Origin: an uncultured virus (IMG/VR IMGVR_UViG_3300023109_000009) | Lineage: Duplodnaviria; Heunggongvirae; Uroviricota; Caudoviricetes | Virus record (IMG/VR): IMGVR_UViG_3300023109_000009 | Length of the DNA: 61,292 nucleotides | Strand: one strand, 5' to 3' | Part shown: positions 55,947 through 61,292 of the stretch, one piece after another | How the letters are laid out: every line of letters begins with the position of its first letter | Position numbering within the stretch: the first letter of the stretch is position 1 | Position numbers and translations under genes: made by a program | The notes under the pieces: model-generated | What the model saw: only the letters and a program-made list of their open reading frames with translations | The model's database searches: none | What the model was told of the DNA's origin: nothing

Positions 55947-56405
55947 CTAAAACCTCGTTTCATAGCGATTTGAAGGATCAACCTGATCAACGACCAAAGG
56001 TAGTCCCATAAAAATTTCTGTGTACTGGTGGTCCCAGTTATTGCCCATAAACCAATCTTCACCTTCTTCGTTCAACTCTTCCTCTAGTTCCTCAGCATCA
56101 CGCTGAGAGTCTTTTGAAAGCATGGGGTCGAAAAAGCATGCACACTGATCAACAGATTCGACTAGTTCGAAGTCATCAAAATCAGATTCAGGTTCACAGA
56201 TCCCAGTAGCATCTTCTTGCATGTAGGATTCCAGTAGGTCCTTTTCGAGTTCATCATTTATTTTGACGATGTAACAACCCCACCTAAAATTAGATTCTAC
56301 TATACAGCGATCTGCACTTTCGTTGTCTTTAAACATTTCTACGATCTCAAAGCTCTTTTTGTACTTTGAGTAGATCATGTATTCTTTTCCGATTTCAATT
56401 TCCAT
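55947..56405 (-). CDS. Hypothetical acidic protein
   Basis: 152-aa ORF in the minus-strand chain. Confidence 0.6.
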   Translation of the reverse strand: MEIEIGKEYMIYSKYKKSFEIVEMFKDNESADRCIVESNFRWGCYIVKINDELEKDLLESYMQEDATGICEPESDFDDFELVESVDQCACFFDPMLSKDSQRDAEELEEELNEEGEDWFMGNNWDHQYTEIFMGLPLVVDQVDPSNRYETRF

Positions 56406-56418
56406 AACAAACTCTCTC

Positions 56419-56829
56419 TTAAGTTAACATTCCGGCAAGACTCATGCACACCGAGGTACCAGTAATTGCACTGCCAATCATAATTGCCTTATCATTCCAA
56501 CTAGCACCAACATACACCCAAGCAATACTGCTCAATGCGTACCCTATCTTGCCTTCGAAAATGAATCCAGCACTTTGTAAAAAGACTCCACTAACAGCTA
56601 GAATCGTTGCAGCCCACTTTACATATTCATCAAATTTACCCGTTGAGGTGACCGGTGAAAGATCCTCAACCTGCATCTGAAGCTCTTCCATCTCTTTTCT
56701 GAGACGACCTTTCTCAGCATTCAGCTGCATGGCCAGTTTCCCAGCCTTACTCATGACACTGTCAGTATACTGATCCTTGGCCTCAGCGTGGATCTTTTCC
56801 TCTATAGATTCACTGGTCAATGTCGACAC
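56419..56829 (-). CDS. Membrane protein (coiled coil + 3 TM, DUF6552-like)
   Basis: YVKWAATILAVSG...WVYVGASWNDKAIMIGS. Confidence 0.55.
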   Translation of the reverse strand: MSTLTSESIEEKIHAEAKDQYTDSVMSKAGKLAMQLNAEKGRLRKEMEELQMQVEDLSPVTSTGKFDEYVKWAATILAVSGVFLQSAGFIFEGKIGYALSSIAWVYVGASWNDKAIMIGSAITGTSVCMSLAGMLT

Positions 56830-56949
56830 CTTGCCTTTTCCAACGATCTACTGTCTCGCGATGAATTTCCTTATGACAATAGTACATAGTGATCCCACCG
56901 AAGACCATAGGACACAGAAAAACTGCAAGAATGCCTAGAATTCCGAAAT

Positions 56950-57123
56950 TCATTTCCTTTCCTCCTTTGATTCACTACGACCATACATGTCGTAATAAGA
57001 TTGTTCCCAGTCCCAATGCTTTCTTGACTCGATTAAATGTGGATGCTGTGTGCGATTCTTTCGCTCTTTGATTTTCTTAGCATCATCGTCCCCCAAGATT
57101 TTATCAATCTTGTTACGTGTCAT
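56950..57123 (-). CDS. Small hypothetical protein (57 aa; not in track)
   Basis: MTRNKIDKILGDDDAKKIKERKNRTQHPHLIESRKHWDWEQSYYDMYG..., read manually. Confidence 0.45.
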   Translation of the reverse strand: MTRNKIDKILGDDDAKKIKERKNRTQHPHLIESRKHWDWEQSYYDMYGRSESKEERK

Positions 57124-57127
57124 AACA

Positions 57128-57472
57128 TTACCCTTCTTTTTCCAAGTCCCACTGAACTTTATTCACCTTTTTATCTGGAAGCTGGTGTCGCATTGCCCAT
57201 AGGTGACCATTCTTTTCTGCGTCTTGAAATATCATTGCAGTGATAAAGAATGCACCCACCACCAAGAGGTGTCCACCAACACTATAAATGCCATAGTAAA
57301 TAGTGTATCCTGCCCAGAATGTAAATACTGCTGACCACATTACTGAGAGATAGAACATCAGAATGAATTGAGTAAATGCGTTGGGAATGTGTCGCAAAGG
57401 ATTCATTTTCAAACTGAAAAAGAAATTGTATAGATCATAGATCCAAAAGCCGATTGCCTTAACGGGGTTCAT
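57128..57472 (-). CDS. Membrane hypothetical protein
   Basis: NPLRHIP...LSVMWS...GHLLVVGAFFITAMIF. Confidence 0.6.
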   Translation of the reverse strand: MNPVKAIGFWIYDLYNFFFSLKMNPLRHIPNAFTQFILMFYLSVMWSAVFTFWAGYTIYYGIYSVGGHLLVVGAFFITAMIFQDAEKNGHLWAMRHQLPDKKVNKVQWDLEKEG

Positions 57473-57475
57473 AGT

Positions 57476-57811
57476 TTATGCCTCAAGTTGAGCGGTGTGT
57501 TTACACTTGCCACGGAATTTAAAGCCTGGGCAGCTACAGACACCATCAGTGATTGTGTAAGTCTCACCATTTGATCCTTGAACTGTGATCGTATCAGCCG
57601 GGAGAGACTCGTCGAGAGATCCAATCTTTTCGAATTTTCTGCGAGACTTTGAAAACCCCTTTAAAGGATTTTTAAAGACCGTACGATTATCCGAGTTTGG
57701 TGATTGAAAAGCCACTAGGTGGCCCGCACGATTTACCCAGTATATGCCATTATTGGCAGTCAACGAAGGTTCATCCCATTGGGTTACTTCTCTTAATACA
57801 TCAATGGACAT
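57476..57811 (-). CDS. SWIM zinc-finger protein
   Basis: [11 protein letters not shown]...[14 protein letters not shown]. Confidence 0.75.
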   Translation of the reverse strand: MSIDVLREVTQWDEPSLTANNGIYWVNRAGHLVAFQSPNSDNRTVFKNPLKGFSKSRRKFEKIGSLDESLPADTITVQGSNGETYTITDGVCSCPGFKFRGKCKHTAQLEA

Positions 57812-57986
57812 CGGGGGCTCCTTTTAGTTCGTTAAGTAGATTCTTAATGTGAGTATTAATCTCAGTAAGAGAGTCGAGTTTATCGTAATACGCCTGACCT
57901 TCAGCATATTCCAACCGATCGCGAACCTTGGTAGATTGTTCTCTCAGGTTTGCAACAGCAACCAGAATCTCGCTTTTAGTTCTCAC
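57801..57986 (-). CDS. Hypothetical protein
   Basis: GTG start with AGGAG SD; helical. Confidence 0.5.
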   Translation of the reverse strand: MRTKSEILVAVANLREQSTKVRDRLEYAEGQAYYDKLDSLTEINTHIKNLLNELKGAPDVH

Positions 57987-58188
57987 AACTATCTCCTAAC
58001 ATAGTTCTCGAAGAAGTCTCCCCCGACCTCGTCGATTTTATCACAGAGATCCTTAAATCTACACAGTAGGTAGTAGAATAGATCCCAAGCTAAAACAGGA
58101 ATAATTACCAGTGCCATTTTGAGTGTTCGCTTCCATTCAATTGTGGCAAGTGAAGGTCTTATTCGCATTTCTTATTCTCCGTTACGTC

Positions 58189-58401
58189 TTATTGAACCCA
58201 GATATGATTATACTTATCGGGGTAGTTTTGGCATGTGTAATCAAACCGAGCATCATAATTGACCACTCGAACACACTCACCAGTTGAATTCGAAATATGC
58301 ACATCGGGCATTGAGCTGTTTTGAATCAATCCAGCAAGAAGTCCAGCAAACACTAGGACAAGACACAGTACAGGTATTAACAACTCTTTCAAAGCTTTCA
58401 T
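58189..58401 (-). CDS. Small membrane-anchored protein with Cys pair
   Basis: TM segment, then PDVHISNSTGECVRV...YTC. Confidence 0.6.
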   Translation of the reverse strand: MKALKELLIPVLCLVLVFAGLLAGLIQNSSMPDVHISNSTGECVRVVNYDARFDYTCQNYPDKYNHIWVQ

Positions 58402-58760
58402 GCATATTCCTCTTCAAATTCGCGATTGGCTATCGACTCTTTTAATACTTCATCAACAGCAGCCCAAGCCCCTTGGTTATGACCACCAATGTGCCACTCG
58501 TAAGGCTGACCATTTCGTGACCGAAGACCACCATCGTAATCTTTCCAGTCGTAGATCGTCGCCATAACCATACGATTGAAGCCGATATCGAAGAACTCGA
58601 GTTCCCATTCGGTATTGACCTTACCATCACCACTTGGCTCGGAATAATGTGGCTCACCAAATGCAGCCACCATTTCTTCATATGTAGCCGAGATGCGACC
58701 CTGCAAAGAAGTCATGTTACTGCTACCTTGACCAACCAATTTATAATAAGTATAAGCCAT
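58398..58760 (-). CDS. Conserved hypothetical phage protein
   Basis: TSLQG...FGEP...DGKV..EW...ATIYDWK...WHIGG. Confidence 0.65.
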   Translation of the reverse strand: MAYTYYKLVGQGSSNMTSLQGRISATYEEMVAAFGEPHYSEPSGDGKVNTEWELEFFDIGFNRMVMATIYDWKDYDGGLRSRNGQPYEWHIGGHNQGAWAAVDEVLKESIANREFEEEYA

Positions 58761-59227
58761 TACGCCACCTCCTGATTTGAGTAATTGACAATCTCTTCCA
58801 TCTGTTCAAAAGTGACAAGACGCATGTCAGAGGAACCCTCTGGAGTCTGAGTCCACGACCTCTCACCAAATGGAGTAGCGTCCATGTCGTACCCACGTGC
58901 AACCCTCTTGCAGAGGAGTTCGGCACGGTCTGACAACTTGATCGCGTAGATCGCTGAGTCCCACTCTTCAATGTGGTCCGACTCTTTGAAGTCGATGTCG
59001 TCGACGAGAGTCTCGCCAATGATGTACTCCTCAGAGTAGTCAGAGCGATGTGCAATACAACGACCCACCTCAGCATAGAAGCCTGGGTCTTGAGCCTCAG
59101 AGAGGTTCACGTCGATGACGTAGCAATCGCCACCCTTGGACTTCCAGTACTGCGGACACGAACCCTTGCCGTCCCAATCGTGGGCACCATAGTTCTCGCG
59201 GAATTGAGTTTGAATTACTAATTTCAT
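58760..59227 (-). CDS. Conserved hypothetical early protein
   Basis: KLVIQTQFRENYGAHDWDGKGSCPQYWKSKGG. Confidence 0.65.
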   Translation of the reverse strand: MKLVIQTQFRENYGAHDWDGKGSCPQYWKSKGGDCYVIDVNLSEAQDPGFYAEVGRCIAHRSDYSEEYIIGETLVDDIDFKESDHIEEWDSAIYAIKLSDRAELLCKRVARGYDMDATPFGERSWTQTPEGSSDMRLVTFEQMEEIVNYSNQEVA

Positions 59228-59418
59228 GCTGTCACCTCAGGCTTCTTTACATTTTGTGGAGCGTAGAGCCCTTCAAGGCTCCGAACTTCGTTCCAAACAC
59301 GGATACGTTTTGCAGTCAGGCCAGTGACTTCTCCAGCCACCCAGCAGTCAGTACCGACACACTTTACCCAAACTTTTTCACCGATTTCGAAATTCACGTT
59401 TTTCTTTCCTATCTCCAT
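59224..59418 (-). CDS. Small SH3/Tudor-like early protein, near-leaderless
   Basis: FEIGEKVWV...GEVTG...RIRV; ATG about 11 nt downstream of the -10 box. Confidence 0.55.
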   Translation of the reverse strand: MEIGKKNVNFEIGEKVWVKCVGTDCWVAGEVTGLTAKRIRVWNEVRSLEGLYAPQNVKKPEVTA

Positions 59419-59429
59419 TTGACAAAGAT

Positions 59430-59514
59430 ATTATATCAAAGCAAATTGTATTTGTAAACACTTTTCTGCGATTTTTTTAGAATATTTTGTTATAACGATA
59501 GAACCAAAAGTTAT
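59430..59514 (-). promoter_or_regulatory. Early sigma70 promoter with upstream operator-like motif
   Basis: TTTACA (59453-58), 17 bp, TGA-TATAAT (59430-35); AGAAT-N5-GTTAT-N6-AGAAC-N5-GTTAT at 59479-59514. Confidence 0.8.
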
Positions 59515-59519
59515 ATGCA

Positions 59520-60071
59520 TCAGTCCCAGCTAATCGAAATTCTCGAATCTCCAGTCTCGTCCCAATAGTAGTCGCATCCACATTCTTTGATGATGGGCAA
59601 TATTGCCTTGAGATTTTTGACCCCTTCCTTTTGACCATCGAAACAGAATAGCGATTCTTTCAACTGTTCCGGAGTATGACAGATAAACCCAGTCTGGCTG
59701 GTATCGGCATCATCGATATTAAAGTCTTCGTCTGGAAGCATACCAGTACCATTACATATCGGACAATCCTCATCGTCCTCGTCATACCCTTCGCCCTCAC
59801 AGGCCTCGCATTCGTTTTCGAAATAGACCTCGCAATCTTGGCTGTGATTGAATAATACCTTACTGAGGTTGATTTCTTCGTAGACGTCGTCGCGATCTGA
59901 CCAATCCAGCTCTTTACCTGTCTCTGGGTGGACAAGATAACCGTCCTCGTTGTGCACGGCATCGTGGTAATCGGGTACATCCATCCACGCGCAGGACTGA
60001 CAGCAGTAATGATTCCAGCCAACGTACCAACCTTCCTCTCGCAGACGAGACTTCAGCTTTGCAAAACTCAT
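59520..60071 (-). CDS. Cys-rich protein with DnaJ-type CxxCxGxG zinc finger
   Basis: YCCQSCAW; CEACEGEG...CPICNGTG. Confidence 0.65.
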   Translation of the reverse strand: MSFAKLKSRLREEGWYVGWNHYCCQSCAWMDVPDYHDAVHNEDGYLVHPETGKELDWSDRDDVYEEINLSKVLFNHSQDCEVYFENECEACEGEGYDEDDEDCPICNGTGMLPDEDFNIDDADTSQTGFICHTPEQLKESLFCFDGQKEGVKNLKAILPIIKECGCDYYWDETGDSRISISWD

Positions 60072-60188
60072 TTTGTTTTTACCCCGTGCCTTTCCAGAAA
60101 TTGTTGTTTCCAGGCTGGGTGGGAGACGAGATAAACCTTCTCGCCCTCAAACCACCATTGGCCAAATTTGTCTTGCGTGGGAGCCATC

Positions 60189-60624
60189 ATGCGTATTCTT
60201 CCTTATCTTCCCATACCTATCAACTGATTGACTTCCGCACTGGGCCATATCGTCACGATATCGACCCCCTTCTTCTCTGCGTAGTCGTGGGTGTACCAAG
60301 TGCCGCCTTCTGACTGCCACTCGTCCTGCCATGGTATCACGACCAGCACGTTACACCGATCTACTATCTCACGGTTGCGGGCGAAGTGACCTGTCTTGGT
60401 CTCTGGGGTCAATACTATGATGCCCAGTTCGTTGGCAATAGTTGCTGCTTCCGTGTCGACACCTTTTGCCTCACCGTGGATGAGGTCAACTAAGTAACCA
60501 TCCTCGGTCCACCTTTCAAGATACTTCTGAAAACAAATTGCCTGTTCGGGATTCATGCCACTCTGAGTTCCTGTGACACCCACTGTAAAAAGTTTCATTA
60601 TGCGTATTCTTCCTCATCTTCCCA
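60189..60624. repeat. 25-bp direct repeats (24/25 identical) flanking the SLOG gene
   Basis: ATGCGTATTCTTCCT(T/C)ATCTTCCCA at 60189-60213 and 60600-60624. Confidence 0.9.
60203..60598 (-). CDS. SLOG/DprA-like nucleotide-binding protein
   Basis: VGVTGT...LIHGEAKGVDTEAA...ARNREIVD..NVLVVIP...GGTWYT..YA.KKG. Confidence 0.7.
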   Translation of the reverse strand: MKLFTVGVTGTQSGMNPEQAICFQKYLERWTEDGYLVDLIHGEAKGVDTEAATIANELGIIVLTPETKTGHFARNREIVDRCNVLVVIPWQDEWQSEGGTWYTHDYAEKKGVDIVTIWPSAEVNQLIGMGR

Positions 60625-61089
60625 CATCTCTTCGCATTCATAGCAGGTCCAACCGTTGTCGGTCTCGTCACCACACTCGGTACAGAAGTTTTGCTCGTCG
60701 TCCTCATAGTCGAACATATCTTCCTCGTTCTCTATGGACAGAAGCTGTGGGTTGTTTATGATCATCTCGCAGGTCATATCTACCATTTTTTCGATAGATC
60801 GCTGCAGGCTATCGCCTTGGAAGCGACCATTGTAAATCCGACCACGACTATACTCATAGATGTTATCGTAGGTTTCATCATCCAGCACGGCTTGTTCGTT
60901 CAGATAATTTACGGCACCAGAAGTATTGTTGCCCATTCCGTTATTGTAGAAATCGTACGACAGCCTACAAGCTGCACGAATCATCTCCATACCGAGTGTT
61001 GGTTGAGGCCCACTTGGGGTCATCTGGCTGCTGAGTGCATCAAACTGAACTTGAAATTTTCCAGTTGAGTTCCAGTAAGTATTTTCCAT
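60598..61089 (-). CDS. Hypothetical early protein with C-terminal zinc ribbon
   Basis: YW...GKFQ...EMIRAACRLSYDFYNNG; CTECG...CYEC. Confidence 0.65.
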   Translation of the reverse strand: MENTYWNSTGKFQVQFDALSSQMTPSGPQPTLGMEMIRAACRLSYDFYNNGMGNNTSGAVNYLNEQAVLDDETYDNIYEYSRGRIYNGRFQGDSLQRSIEKMVDMTCEMIINNPQLLSIENEEDMFDYEDDEQNFCTECGDETDNGWTCYECEEMWEDEEEYA

Positions 61090-61120
61090 AAAACAAGATT
61101 CCTAATCAATTTGAAGTAAT

Positions 61121-61195
61121 ATTATATCAAGTAAAAGCAACTTTGTCAACGATTTTCTTAGATCGTTTTGTTATATCCATATAACTTTTTGATAT
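61121..61195 (-). promoter_or_regulatory. Early sigma70 promoter with upstream operator-like motif
   Basis: TTGACA (61144-49), 17 bp, TGA-TATAAT (61121-26); AGATC-N5-GTTAT-N6-ATAAC-N5-GATAT at 61160-61195. Confidence 0.85.
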
Positions 61196-61292
61196 ATTAT
61201 GCAGCTCGAGCGAAGACAAACATCTCCTTCATCCCATCGTATATTTCTTTAGTAGGATGCCATATTTCGCGTTCCTCTTCGTCAATACCAAC

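Noticed and set aside
56950..57123. Apparent frameshifted pseudogene at a G-run
   Set aside because: Recounting the five G residues gives one continuous 57-aa frame
58398..58420. EEEYA-stop ending similar to the 60600 repeat
   Set aside because: Nucleotide identity is limited and explained by SD plus ATGA translational coupling
1..61292. tRNA or rRNA genes
   Set aside because: No cloverleaf or T-loop signature noticed in the short intergenic gaps; tRNAscan-SE would be decisive

Overview
This window is part of a large T4-like (myovirus) phage genome, probably marine and infecting a Gram-negative host. IscU and DUF2970 suggest a gammaproteobacterium, which is an inference. From 1 to 34.4 kb (+ strand) it carries an expanded tail-fibre/appendage region: four large fibre proteins (one of about 3340 aa ending in an S74 intramolecular chaperone), a sigma70-driven glycan-enzyme operon, and two tandem three-gene cassettes that share a 31-bp leader and have crosswise-swapped tip domains, one ending in a Hint domain. 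From 34.5 to 48.2 kb lies the canonical T4 module gp13-14-15-(cytidylyltransferase)-16-17-18-19-20-(internal proteins)-21-22-23, with TATAAATA late promoters. After the gp23 terminator comes a Pho-box-led operon encoding a beta-barrel porin and a PiT-like transporter. From 49.9 to 61.3 kb (- strand) are mostly small early/accessory genes: a lipoprotein metalloprotease, dsbA-like, iscU, DUF2970, DenV-like, SWIM and SLOG. Three sigma70 promoters there share a conserved four-half-site upstream operator. The most unusual signals are the modular duplicated tip cassettes, a recurrent (A/S)-N-T peptide tag across virion proteins next to glycan enzymes, C-terminal DGGxF / N-terminal KRS/RRS docking pairs between consecutive fibre genes, the Pho-regulated phosphate-uptake pair, and the operator-bearing early promoters. 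All calls are by eye from motifs and synteny; no database search was run.
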